In this document: piece after piece, positions 52,992-61,788 of the stretch
Position numbering within the stretch: the stretch's first letter is position 1
Layout: each line of letters begins with the position of its first letter
Origin: Parvibaculum sp.
GTDB taxonomy: Bacteria > Pseudomonadota > Alphaproteobacteria > Parvibaculales > Parvibaculaceae
Assembly (NCBI RefSeq): GCF_049651025.1
Contig: NZ_JBASBH010000035.1
Coordinates: forward strand, 3,611-67,610
Direction: 5' to 3'
DNA: 64,000 nucleotides
Program-made: the position numbers and the translations under genes
The notes under the pieces: model-generated
Seen by the model: only the letters and a program-made list of their open reading frames with translations
The model's database searches: none
Told to the model about the DNA's origin: nothing

Positions 52992-53301
52992 GCCGGGCGC
53001 TCCTGACGGGACAGACAAACATGCCGTATCCCTTGTCATTTAGCGCCCGTGACGCCTCACGCGCATTGACCTCGATCAACTTGCCCGGCCTGAGCGACCG
53101 CGCCCCGAAAGGTTCGGACAGGCTTTGCAGTAGGTAAAAATCCCTAGCCGATTTCCGGCCTTAATCGAGAAATGGGGGCTGCCGCTATCCAAAATCCTTG
53201 TAGTATCAAGGCCGGACAAGGCTCGAATATTTCGAGAGAACGCACCGCTTCGTGTGCTGAAGGGGTGATCGACGCAGGCACTCCAACAAGAAGTGAGCGG
53301 C

Positions 53302-54183
53302 ATGTTCAAATCCATATTTGTTCCCACCACAGGTTTTTCCAACGATCCGGCCGCGCTCGAAACGGCGCTCGCGGTCGCGCGCACCTTCGGTGGGCATCTC
53401 GATTGCGTGCATGTGCATCCCGATCCATCGCAGATATTCATGCAGGCTGCAGGCTATGACGTAGGCATGGGCACGGGTGCCGCCTTCGCCGTCGGAGACA
53501 TCGCAACAGCGCTCCAGGAGGAGGACAGCAAGCGGACCGAGCGATCCCGGAAAACCTTCGATGCTTTTTGTCTGCGCGAAAAGCTGGAACAGGTAAGCCT
53601 GGCTCCCTGCCCGCGCGCGCCGACCGCCGCCTGGACCGAACTCATGGGCCGCGAGATCGACATTCTGACCCGGCAGGCGCGTGTTCATGATCTCACCGTG
53701 ATCGGGCACCCGACGCAGTGGGGCGGGCTCACGCGCGAGATGATGGGCAGCATGCTTCTCGGCAGCGGGCGGCCGCTCCTCCTCGCGCCCGCGAAAGCGC
53801 CCGCTCGTCTCGGCGAAACGATTGCGATCGCATGGAAGGACACAGCGGAGTCGGCCCGCGCCATCACGGCGGCGATGCCCTTCATCGCCAAGGCGCGGCA
53901 GATCGTGCTCATCAACATCGCCGAGCATGACGCTGTAACAATCGAGGCGGTCGATGCGCTCGCCAGGAACCTGCGCTGGCACGATGTTCAGACAGACATC
54001 CGCTATCTCGCCCATCCCTGCGGTTCGATACACGACACGATCCTGACGATCGCCAAGGAAGTGAGCGCGGATATGCTGGTGATGGGCGGCTATAGCCACA
54101 GCCGGGTCAGCGAGCTTATTTTCGGCGGCTTCACGCGGCATGTCCTTGCCGGCACCGAACTACCCATATTGATGGCGCACTGA
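53302..54183 (+). CDS. Tandem-domain universal stress protein (UspA family)
   Basis: About 293 aa with two USP repeats. The second ends in the typical ADMLVMGGYSHSRVSELIFGGFTRHVL motif. Confidence 0.85.
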   Translation: MFKSIFVPTTGFSNDPAALETALAVARTFGGHLDCVHVHPDPSQIFMQAAGYDVGMGTGAAFAVGDIATALQEEDSKRTERSRKTFDAFCLREKLEQVSLAPCPRAPTAAWTELMGREIDILTRQARVHDLTVIGHPTQWGGLTREMMGSMLLGSGRPLLLAPAKAPARLGETIAIAWKDTAESARAITAAMPFIAKARQIVLINIAEHDAVTIEAVDALARNLRWHDVQTDIRYLAHPCGSIHDTILTIAKEVSADMLVMGGYSHSRVSELIFGGFTRHVLAGTELPILMAH

Positions 54184-54239
54184 GGTTCCTGCTCTATTTT
54201 CTGGCCGAAGTTTTCGATTTTGAAAGAGGCTGGTTGATC

Positions 54240-54672
54240 ATGGAAGTGCTCGCAACTGACCGGCTTAGCCGCCGCTTCGGCAATGTTCAGGCGGTCGACA
54301 ACTTCACATTGTCGATTGCACCCGGCGAAGTATTCGGCCTTCTCGGCCGGAACGGTGCCGGAAAGAGTACGCTCATAAAAATGTTGACGACGCCGCTACC
54401 GCCGACGTCAGGCAGCGCAACGGTGTGCGGATACGACATCGTCCGGCAAGCCGCGCAGGTGCGGCACATATCCGATGAGCATCATGCCGACCTGGCTGCA
54501 GTGGGTTTCCCATTTCAACCCGTTGACCTATGAGGTCGATGGGCTTCGGACGCTCATGCTCGAAGGCGGGGAGAGCGCCTTCGGCCTTGGCGCGGATGCC
54601 CTGATCCTCTGCACCACTCTTGCGATACTCGTCTTTATCGGTAGACGGATGTATCCGCGTCTGGCGACATAG
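54240..54672 (+). pseudogene. Deletion remnant of an ABC-2 type exporter: N-terminus of the ATPase fused out of frame to the C-terminus of the permease
   Basis: Frame 1: MEVLATDRLSRRFGNVQAVDNFTLSIAPGEVFGLLGRNGAGKSTLIKMLTT... has Walker A but stops about 20 aa later, with no Q-loop, signature or Walker B. Frame 2 from 54475: MSIMPTWLQWVSHFNPLTYEVDGLRTLML... is the conserved ABC-2 permease C-terminus. The junction is around 54465-54480. Confidence 0.7.
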
Positions 54673-54820
54673 TGGAACACCGCGAATATGCGAGAACTAT
54701 CTTCACAAGAGATTTATCGAGCGAGGCAGGAAGGCCCGCAATCTTCGAATGAAGGACAGCCCGACTTCCGACCAATAATTTGATACGGCTTTGCGCCCCT
54801 CAAACATTCGGGAGTTACCG

Positions 54821-55804
54821 ATGCGTGCGATGATGCTCGAAAGCCCCGGCAAGCCGCTCGTCATGCGAGAGCTTCCCGATCCCGAACCGGGCCGCGGTGA
54901 AGTTCGCGTTCGCGTGCTCGCCTGCGGCGTCTGTCGCACCGACCTCCATGTCGTCGACGGTGAGTTGCCGGAGCCGAAGCTGCCCCTCATTCCGGGCCAC
55001 GAAATCGTGGGAACGGTCGACAGGATCGGCGAGGGCGTGAGTGGTTTTACGCTTGGCCAGCGCGTCGGCATTCCGTGGCTCGGTGCGACTTGCGGCGTCT
55101 GTCGCTATTGCCGCGCGGGCCGCGAAAATCTTTGCGACAAACCGCTTTTTACCGGCTACACGCGCGACGGCGGCTATGCGAGCCATGCGATCGCGGATGC
55201 GAGATTTGTTTTTCCGCTCGGTGACATCGGTGACGACATCGCGGCGGCTCCCCTCCTCTGCGCCGGGCTGATCGGCTGGCGGTCGCTGAGGATAGCGGGC
55301 GATGGCGCGACGCTCGGCATCTACGGCTTCGGCGCAGCAGGCCATATCGTGCTTCAGGTTGCGCAGGCTCAGGGGCGCAAGGTCTTTGCCTTCGGACGCC
55401 CCGGCGACAAGGCCGCGCAAGACTTCGCACGCGCGCTCGGCGCCGACTGGGCGGGCGGATCGGACGAGATGCCACCGGAGCCGCTCGATATGGCGATCAT
55501 TTACGCGCCGGTCGGCGATCTCGTTCCGACTGCGCTTCGCGCCGTTCGCAAAGGCGGCCGCGTCGTTTGCGCCGGTATTCACATGAGCGACATTCCAAGC
55601 TTTCCCTATAGCCTCCTCTGGGAGGAGCGGCAGCTCGTCTCTGTCGCCAATCTCACACGCGCGGACGCGGTCGAGTTTCTGAACCTGGCTCCCGGCTTCG
55701 GTATCAAGACGACGACGACCATCTATCCTCTCTCGCGCGCAAACGAGGCGCTCGACGATCTGCGCAGCGGTCATCTGGAAGGTGCCGCAGTCCTCGTGCC
55801 CTGA
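54821..55804 (+). CDS. Zn-dependent alcohol dehydrogenase family protein (MDR)
   Basis: MRAMMLESPGKPLVMRELPDPEPG ... ACGVCRTDLHVVDGEL ... GHEIVG ... CGVCRYCRAGRENLC. The ATG at 54821 is preceded by GGGAG; the track start is a TTG at 54791. Confidence 0.9.
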   Translation: MRAMMLESPGKPLVMRELPDPEPGRGEVRVRVLACGVCRTDLHVVDGELPEPKLPLIPGHEIVGTVDRIGEGVSGFTLGQRVGIPWLGATCGVCRYCRAGRENLCDKPLFTGYTRDGGYASHAIADARFVFPLGDIGDDIAAAPLLCAGLIGWRSLRIAGDGATLGIYGFGAAGHIVLQVAQAQGRKVFAFGRPGDKAAQDFARALGADWAGGSDEMPPEPLDMAIIYAPVGDLVPTALRAVRKGGRVVCAGIHMSDIPSFPYSLLWEERQLVSVANLTRADAVEFLNLAPGFGIKTTTTIYPLSRANEALDDLRSGHLEGAAVLVP

Positions 55805-55867
55805 ATGTCACGCCTTGCGGTTCGCAATTTCAAGCGCGTGCCGCTTTGTGAACAACCCGTGTAACCA

Positions 55868-56767
55868 TCACGATGCAACGCCCGCTTCTCGCCTCAATGC
55901 ATCCGCCAGCAGATCGGCAAGCGGAATGGCGTTCGTCGGATGCGGAATACCGTCGCTCGACCAGATTTCTTCCGCTCCCGCCTCGCGCATGTTTTTCTCA
56001 ACAACAGAATCGAAAAGCGCATGGGTGACAGCAACCCGCACCGCGCCAGCGCCCGCGCGCTTCAGGCCCCTGATCGCCTCGGTCATGGTGCCGCCGCTCG
56101 AAACAATGTCATCGACCAGAAGAACGGCGCGTCCATCGAGGACGTGGAGCGGAAACTCGATCTCGACATTGCGGTCGCCAAGGCGGCGTTTCGAGCCGAC
56201 GATGCTTTCGCAGCCCAAAGCTGCACCGATCTGTTCGACCCATTGTATGGATTCGCCGTCCGGCCCCGCCACCAGCATGTCGTGCGGCAAGGCTTTCGCT
56301 TTTACGAAAGCGACAATAGCGGGTGCCGCGCTCAGGCTTTCTGCCTCGATGCCGGGAAAGACCGACGAGATTTCCTTCACGCGATGCAGATGCGGATCGA
56401 CCGTCACGATCCTGTCGAACAGGCTGCCAAGCAAGCGGCCGACGGCTTGCTGACCGACCGCCTCGCCTTCATGGAAGGCCACATCCTGACGCATGTAGCA
56501 GAGATAGGGCGCGACAAGGACGAGGCGGCGCGCGCCATTTCTGCGCAACGCGTCAGCCGCCAGAATCAGTTCCACAAGCCTCGCGTTCGGACGATCGAGG
56601 GGACAGTAAATGCAGGCGCTTGCATCAGCTTGCGAGACCGTCACCAGAGACTCGTCATCGGGAAATTTGTGAACATGGATCGGCGCGACCCGCGTCCCAA
56701 GACGCCGCGCGATTTCCGCCGCCTCGTGCATTCCATGCTCGAAGGCATGCAGAATAAATCCGCTCAT
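55868..56767 (-). CDS. Ribose-phosphate pyrophosphokinase (Prs)-family phosphoribosyltransferase
   Basis: About 299 aa. LVAPYLCYMRQD, VTVDPHLH and a PRPP loop VLLVDDIVSSGGTM. Confidence 0.8.
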   Translation of the reverse strand: MSGFILHAFEHGMHEAAEIARRLGTRVAPIHVHKFPDDESLVTVSQADASACIYCPLDRPNARLVELILAADALRRNGARRLVLVAPYLCYMRQDVAFHEGEAVGQQAVGRLLGSLFDRIVTVDPHLHRVKEISSVFPGIEAESLSAAPAIVAFVKAKALPHDMLVAGPDGESIQWVEQIGAALGCESIVGSKRRLGDRNVEIEFPLHVLDGRAVLLVDDIVSSGGTMTEAIRGLKRAGAGAVRVAVTHALFDSVVEKNMREAGAEEIWSSDGIPHPTNAIPLADLLADALRREAGVAS

Positions 56768-56833
56768 AGGGTGGGTTCTCCAGTACGGGTTGGTCATTCT
56801 CAATATTGCCGCGCTGCGCGCCAGTGCCTAGCC

Positions 56834-59449
56834 CTATCGTCCGGTCGACCGGTCGCCCGACAATCTTGCCCAGCGATAGAAGAGACCTTTGGCGACCTCG
56901 ACGATTGCCAGATAGGCGACCGTCGCGCCGATCAGGTAAACGAAGAACAGCGGCGGCGGCGCCACGAAGCCGAACCACCGGCCCAGCGGAAAAAAGGGAA
57001 GAAGCACCGCAATGGCCACAGCGCCAAATGCCATGGCAGCGAGAAACATGTGCGGCTTGCTTTGATAGAAGCGCCGCCGTGTACGAATGGCGAAGACCAC
57101 CAATACCTGCGTCGTGATCGACTCGATGAACCAGCCGGTTTGAAAGAGCGCCTCGTCAGCCTTGAACAGATGCAGCAGGGCATAAAAGGTCAGAAAATCG
57201 AAGATGGAGCTGACGGGCCCGAATACCAGCATGAACCGCTCGATCATCTGAACGTCCCACTTCACCGGCAGGGCGATGGACTCCTGATCGACGCGGTCGA
57301 ACGGAATCGCGATTTCCGAGATGTCGTAAAGCAGGTTGTTCAGCAATATCTGGATCGGCAGCATTGGCAGGAAAGGCAGGAACAGCGCGGCGCCGGCCAT
57401 GCTGAACATATTGCCGAAGTTCGAGCTTGAACCCATCAGAACATATTTGGATACGTTCTGAACCGCTCCGCGTCCGTCGATCACGGCGTCATGCACGACG
57501 GAAAGGTCGTGTTCGAGCAGGATCAGATCGGCGGCGGCGCGCGCTACATCGGCCGCGCCGTCGACCGATATGCCGACATCCGCGGCATGCAGCGCCGGAG
57601 CGTCGTTGATGCCGTCGCCGAGGAACCCGACGACATTGCCGAGCCGCTTCAGCGCCAGCAATATCCGGTGCTTCTGTTGCGGATTGACGCGGCAGAACAG
57701 ATTCACCTGCGACACTTGCCCGATCAGGGCCTCGTCCGAAAGATGGGTCAGCATATCGCCGGTCAGCACGCCGGTGACCGGCACGCCGATCTCGGCAAAG
57801 ACATGACGTGCCACAAGTTCATTGTCTCCCGTCAGTACCTTGACGGCGATGCCGGCCGCGGCCATCGCCTCGATCGTGGCTCCGGCGCTTGCCTTTGGCG
57901 GATCGAGAAAAACGGCAAAGCCGGAAAAAACGAGATCGCTCTCATCGGAGATCGCGGCAGTCGCATGGTTCATGTCGACCAGGCGGCTTGCTATGCCGAG
58001 CGCGCGAAAACCTTGCGCGCCCAGCCCGTCCAGCGTGGCCTCAAAGGCGCGGCACGTTTCTGCATCGAGCGGATGCACCTCTCCATCCGCGCTTTCATAT
58101 TGCCCGGACAGACGCAAGAGATCCTCCGGCGCGCCCTTCACGATGAGGCGACGCTGCGCCTCATGCTCGACCAGAACCGAAACGCGCCGCCTTGCAAAAT
58201 CAAACGGCACTTCATCGATCTTCTTCCAGCCCGCCATGTCGTAGGGATGCGCGGCGAGGATCGCATCGTCGAGCGGGCTCTTCATGCCACTTTCAAACGA
58301 GCTGTTCACATAGGCATAGGCATAAGCGCGTGCGCTCTCGACCCCGCGCCCGTCGATGGCGCGCACAAGTTCGATCGTGGCTTCCGTCAGCGTGCCGGTC
58401 TTGTCGGTGCACAACACATTCATGGCGCCGAGATCGTGGATGGCGGAAAGGCGCTTTACGATCACCTTTCGTTTGGCCAGATCCATCGCCGAGCGGGCGA
58501 GCGTCACCGTCACGATCATCGGCAGCAGTTCCGGCGTCAGCCCGACGGCGAGCGCCAGTGCGAACATCAGCGACTCCAGCACCGGACGGTCGAAATAGAT
58601 GTTCACCACCAGCACGAACAACACCATCAATATGGTGAAGCGCATGATCAAAAGGCCGAAACGACGAATGCCGACAACGAAGGCAGTTGCGGGCAGCTTT
58701 TCCGCCAGGCTCGTCGCAAGATGGCCAAGCGCCGTGCTGCCGCCGGTCCGGCAGATGAGAATGGTCGCCGTGCCGCTGATGACGGAGGTGCCTGCAAAGA
58801 CGGCGTTTGAAGCACCGGCGGGATTTTCAGCGCCCGAAGCCGTATCGCCCGCCTGTTTCTCGGCGGGGTAAGGCTCACCGGTCAGGAGAGCCTGATTGAT
58901 GAACAGATCCCGGCTTTCAAGCAGGCGTGAATCCGCAGGCACCAGATCGCCCGCGATCAGTTCGACAATATCGCCGGGAACGAGCTGGTCGATCGGTACC
59001 GAGATGCATGCGCCGTCGCGCCGCACGGTCGCCTGCACAGCCACCGACCGGCGCAGCGCCTCGACCGCATTCTGGGCACGGACTTCCTGCACGAAATCAA
59101 GCGTCATGCTGATCGTGACGATCGACACGACAATCAGAAAGCTCGCAACGTCGCCGGTAGCTGCGGACAGACCGCTCGCTACAAGCAGAATGATGACCAG
59201 AGGATTTCTGAAACGGCCGAGAAATTGGAGCCAAAGAGGCAAACGCTTGACGGTTGCCGCATCGTTGGGCCCATAGATCGCCAGACGTGACCGCGCTTCT
59301 GCTGCGGAGAGACCGGCGGGGTTTGTCGCCAGCCTCGCGAGAAGCCGGGCTGCCGGTTCCTGCCAGACTTCCTCGGCCCCAAGCTCGCCATGGTCGGCAT
59401 CGGCCGCGTTCGGCGCGCTTATCGGCTGGCGTTCACGAGTTAGGTTCAC
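56834..59449 (-). CDS. mgtA: Mg2+-importing P-type ATPase (MgtA/MgtB family)
   Basis: 871 aa (GTG start). CTDKTGTLTEA, LTGDNELVA, GDGINDAPALHAADVGISV and overall MgtA-like topology. Confidence 0.9.
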   Translation of the reverse strand: MNLTRERQPISAPNAADADHGELGAEEVWQEPAARLLARLATNPAGLSAAEARSRLAIYGPNDAATVKRLPLWLQFLGRFRNPLVIILLVASGLSAATGDVASFLIVVSIVTISMTLDFVQEVRAQNAVEALRRSVAVQATVRRDGACISVPIDQLVPGDIVELIAGDLVPADSRLLESRDLFINQALLTGEPYPAEKQAGDTASGAENPAGASNAVFAGTSVISGTATILICRTGGSTALGHLATSLAEKLPATAFVVGIRRFGLLIMRFTILMVLFVLVVNIYFDRPVLESLMFALALAVGLTPELLPMIVTVTLARSAMDLAKRKVIVKRLSAIHDLGAMNVLCTDKTGTLTEATIELVRAIDGRGVESARAYAYAYVNSSFESGMKSPLDDAILAAHPYDMAGWKKIDEVPFDFARRRVSVLVEHEAQRRLIVKGAPEDLLRLSGQYESADGEVHPLDAETCRAFEATLDGLGAQGFRALGIASRLVDMNHATAAISDESDLVFSGFAVFLDPPKASAGATIEAMAAAGIAVKVLTGDNELVARHVFAEIGVPVTGVLTGDMLTHLSDEALIGQVSQVNLFCRVNPQQKHRILLALKRLGNVVGFLGDGINDAPALHAADVGISVDGAADVARAAADLILLEHDLSVVHDAVIDGRGAVQNVSKYVLMGSSSNFGNMFSMAGAALFLPFLPMLPIQILLNNLLYDISEIAIPFDRVDQESIALPVKWDVQMIERFMLVFGPVSSIFDFLTFYALLHLFKADEALFQTGWFIESITTQVLVVFAIRTRRRFYQSKPHMFLAAMAFGAVAIAVLLPFFPLGRWFGFVAPPPLFFVYLIGATVAYLAIVEVAKGLFYRWARLSGDRSTGR

Positions 59450-59850
59450 GCCCTGTTACCCCTCGAGCCTTTGCCGCGGTCCACAAGCTGGCCAAGATTA
59501 GCGGCAAACAGTCCGGACAATGGGACGACGGTAAATATCCAGGCGCGCAGTACCCGGCTCAATCAGGTTATGCCTGCACGGTGACTTTCATAGCTGAAAA
59601 TGCGCATACGGATAGTTGAGTCAAAATTGCAGGGGAAATCGGCTTGCACCGCCAAGCTGAGCGATTTGACAAATTTCCCGCGGCTGACCGTCGCGGAAAA
59701 TTTACAAACTGACATCTTGTCAATTTGTGCAATGCAGCATATTCTTGATCGAACATCAAAACCAAGAGGCGCTTTGTAAAGCGCACCCCTGCCAGGGACG
59801 GACGACAGGATGGGTTGCCTGTAACCATCTGATCTGGAAGGGATTTAGCC

Positions 59851-60060
59851 ATGCCCGTCGTCCATACGCCCGCAACACACGCCGCGACCCCCGCTACGTC
59901 TTTCGCCGCCGAAACGGTGAGCAAGGTCGGCCTGCTCGGCAAGGAACTGGCAAATGCGTCGAAGGAGTTCGACTTTGGTGAGGCTTTTGCAGCCGCCACC
60001 TATGTCGCGATGAGCTTCTACGGCATCGCGCTTCTGGCCTATGCCGCCCTGCGCTACTGA
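59851..60060 (+). CDS. 69-aa hypothetical protein with a C-terminal TM segment
   Basis: The ATG is preceded by GGAAGGGA. The ORF is followed 28 nt later by a clean intrinsic terminator. No recognisable family. Confidence 0.45.
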   Translation: MPVVHTPATHAATPATSFAAETVSKVGLLGKELANASKEFDFGEAFAAATYVAMSFYGIALLAYAALRY

Positions 60061-60087
60061 CAGATCGGCCTCACAAAAATTTGAATC

Positions 60088-60111
60088 AGCCTCCCTTGCG
60101 GGAGGCTTTTT
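60088..60111 (+). terminator. Intrinsic terminator
   Basis: agcctccc-ttgc-gggaggct followed by TTTTT. Confidence 0.75.
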
Positions 60112-60119
60112 CATCGGCA

Positions 60120-60140
60120 TATAATGAGCAATGCTTATTA
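60120..60140 (+). promoter_or_regulatory. Perfect -10 hexamer overlapping an imperfect palindrome (candidate MarR autoregulatory operator)
   Basis: TATAAT at 60120-60125. TAATGAGCA-A-TGCTTATTA at 60122-60140 (8/9 symmetric). About 40 nt upstream of the marR-family ATG. Confidence 0.4.
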
Positions 60141-60177
60141 AGTGTAGACCCCTTAAACAGCCTTGCTGCCTATATTG

Positions 60178-60684
60178 ATGGATGGTCCAGTTCAAAATCC
60201 TGCATGGGGCGTCGGTTTTCTGATCGGCGATGCTTCGCGCATGCTCCGACGCATCTTCAATGAGCGCGTCACGCCAATGGGCCTCACGCAGGCGCAATGG
60301 CGAGCGCTCGTGCACCTGTCGCGCAATGAGGGCCTCAATCAGGTCAGCCTGTCCGAGCTTCTGGAAGTGCAGCCAATCACGGTCGCGCGTCTGATCGACA
60401 AGCTGGTTGCAGCGGGTCTCGTCGAGCGGCGTCCCGATCCCAACGATCGCCGGGCGCAACGTCTCTTTCTCACCAGCCAGGCTGCGCCGGTCCTCGACCA
60501 TATCTGGGAAATCGCGGAAGAAACCTACGATGTCGTGCTGGCGGGTCTGTCGCAAAGCGAACGCGTGGCGCTGGTCGATCTTCTCACCCGCGTGAGGTCC
60601 AACATCACAACCTTGTTGCCCGGCAGCGCGCCCGCACGCAGCGCCGGTGAACCCCAGATCGAAATGCGAACCAAGTACAAGTAG
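60178..60684 (+). CDS. MarR-family transcriptional regulator
   Basis: LTQAQWRALVHLSRNEGLNQVSLSELLEVQPITVARLIDKLVAAGLVERRPDPNDRR: a winged HTH typical of MarR/EmrR. Confidence 0.88.
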   Translation: MDGPVQNPAWGVGFLIGDASRMLRRIFNERVTPMGLTQAQWRALVHLSRNEGLNQVSLSELLEVQPITVARLIDKLVAAGLVERRPDPNDRRAQRLFLTSQAAPVLDHIWEIAEETYDVVLAGLSQSERVALVDLLTRVRSNITTLLPGSAPARSAGEPQIEMRTKYK

Positions 60685-60702
60685 TAAAAAGAGCCATCTC
60701 AG

Positions 60703-61788
60703 ATGTCTGTCACCTTCGCTCCTGTTACCGGCGCCGCGCGGCGGCTCATAAGCGACCGGGCCTCTCTCAGGCCCATATTGATGATCGGCGTGCCCGTGCT
60801 CGCGCTTCTCGTCATCGGATATTTCTATCTGGTGAGCGGGCGCTATGTGAGTACGGACAATGCTTACGTGAAGGCTGACATGGTTTCGGTGAGCCCCGAT
60901 GTCGGCGGGCGCATCGTTGCCGTTTTCGTCAAGCAGAACGAAACGGTGAAGGCAGGCGACCCGCTGTTCCAGATCGATCCCCAGCCTTACAAGCTTGCAC
61001 TTGCCGAATCCGATGCCCAGCTCCACGCGGCAGCGAGCAACGTCAATTCTCTCAAGGCCAAATATGAGATGACGGTCGCGCAGCTCGGGCTCGCGCAATC
61101 CAATGTCGAGTTTTACGGCCGCGAGTTGAAACGCCAGTCCGAACTTGCAAAGCAGAATTTCGCCAGCCAGTCCAAGCTCGATACGGCGCGCCACAACTAC
61201 GACACAGCCGTTCAGCTCGGCGGCGTCTTGAAGCAGAGCATCGGCCAGATCGCGGCAACGCTGGATGACAAGCCGGCGGCGCCCGTCGAGGAACATTCCT
61301 CTTATATGCAGGCCAAGGCGACGCGGGACAATGCAGCGCTCAATCTTGAGCGCGCGACAGTCCGTGCGCCTTTCGACGGTGTGCTCGGGAAGCAGCCGCA
61401 GGTCGGCGACAATGTTGCGCCCGGCGTGCCCGTGGTGAACATCGTCTCGGAGAAGAACGTCTGGGTCGAAGCGAACTTCAAGGAAACCGATCTCGCCAAT
61501 GTCCATCCGGGCCAGACGGCAACGATCGACATCGACACCTATCCCCACCACCCGTGGCAAGGCCGCGTCGTCAGCATTTCGCAGGCGACAGGCTCGGAGT
61601 TCTCTGTGCTGCCAGCGCAGAACGCCACCGGCAACTGGGTGAAGGTCGTTCAGCGCATTCCGGTGCGCATAGCCATCGAGCGGCGCGAGGGCGATCCGGC
61701 CATTCGCGCAGGCATGAGCGTAGAAGCGGAGATCGACACGCATTCGGGCAAGACCGCCTCCACGGGGGCTGAAGGCCACGCATCATGA
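60703..61788 (+). CDS. HlyD/EmrA-family membrane fusion protein
   Basis: 361 aa. N-terminal TM segment, YVSTDNAYVKADMVSVSPDVGGRIVAVFVKQNETVKAGDPLFQID lipoyl-like half, coiled coil, and a C-terminal beta-barrel (GNWVKVVQRIPVRI). Confidence 0.9.
   Translation: MSVTFAPVTGAARRLISDRASLRPILMIGVPVLALLVIGYFYLVSGRYVSTDNAYVKADMVSVSPDVGGRIVAVFVKQNETVKAGDPLFQIDPQPYKLALAESDAQLHAAASNVNSLKAKYEMTVAQLGLAQSNVEFYGRELKRQSELAKQNFASQSKLDTARHNYDTAVQLGGVLKQSIGQIAATLDDKPAAPVEEHSSYMQAKATRDNAALNLERATVRAPFDGVLGKQPQVGDNVAPGVPVVNIVSEKNVWVEANFKETDLANVHPGQTATIDIDTYPHHPWQGRVVSISQATGSEFSVLPAQNATGNWVKVVQRIPVRIAIERREGDPAIRAGMSVEAEIDTHSGKTASTGAEGHAS

Noticed and set aside
51315-53006. 563-aa plus-strand ORF
   Set aside because: It is antisense to the DUF3775, ADH and nitroreductase genes and is a shadow ORF.
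52992-53301. EcfG-type promoter upstream of the nitroreductase-ADH-DUF3775-ChaB unit or the USP gene
   Set aside because: No GGAAC-N16/17-CGTT motif occurs on either strand. Only partial matches such as GAGAAC...CGTG were seen.
59450-59850. M-box (ykoK) Mg2+ riboswitch upstream of mgtA
   Set aside because: I could not find the conserved M-box blocks by eye, and the family is uncommon in Alphaproteobacteria. I kept it only as an unexplained long leader in the findings.
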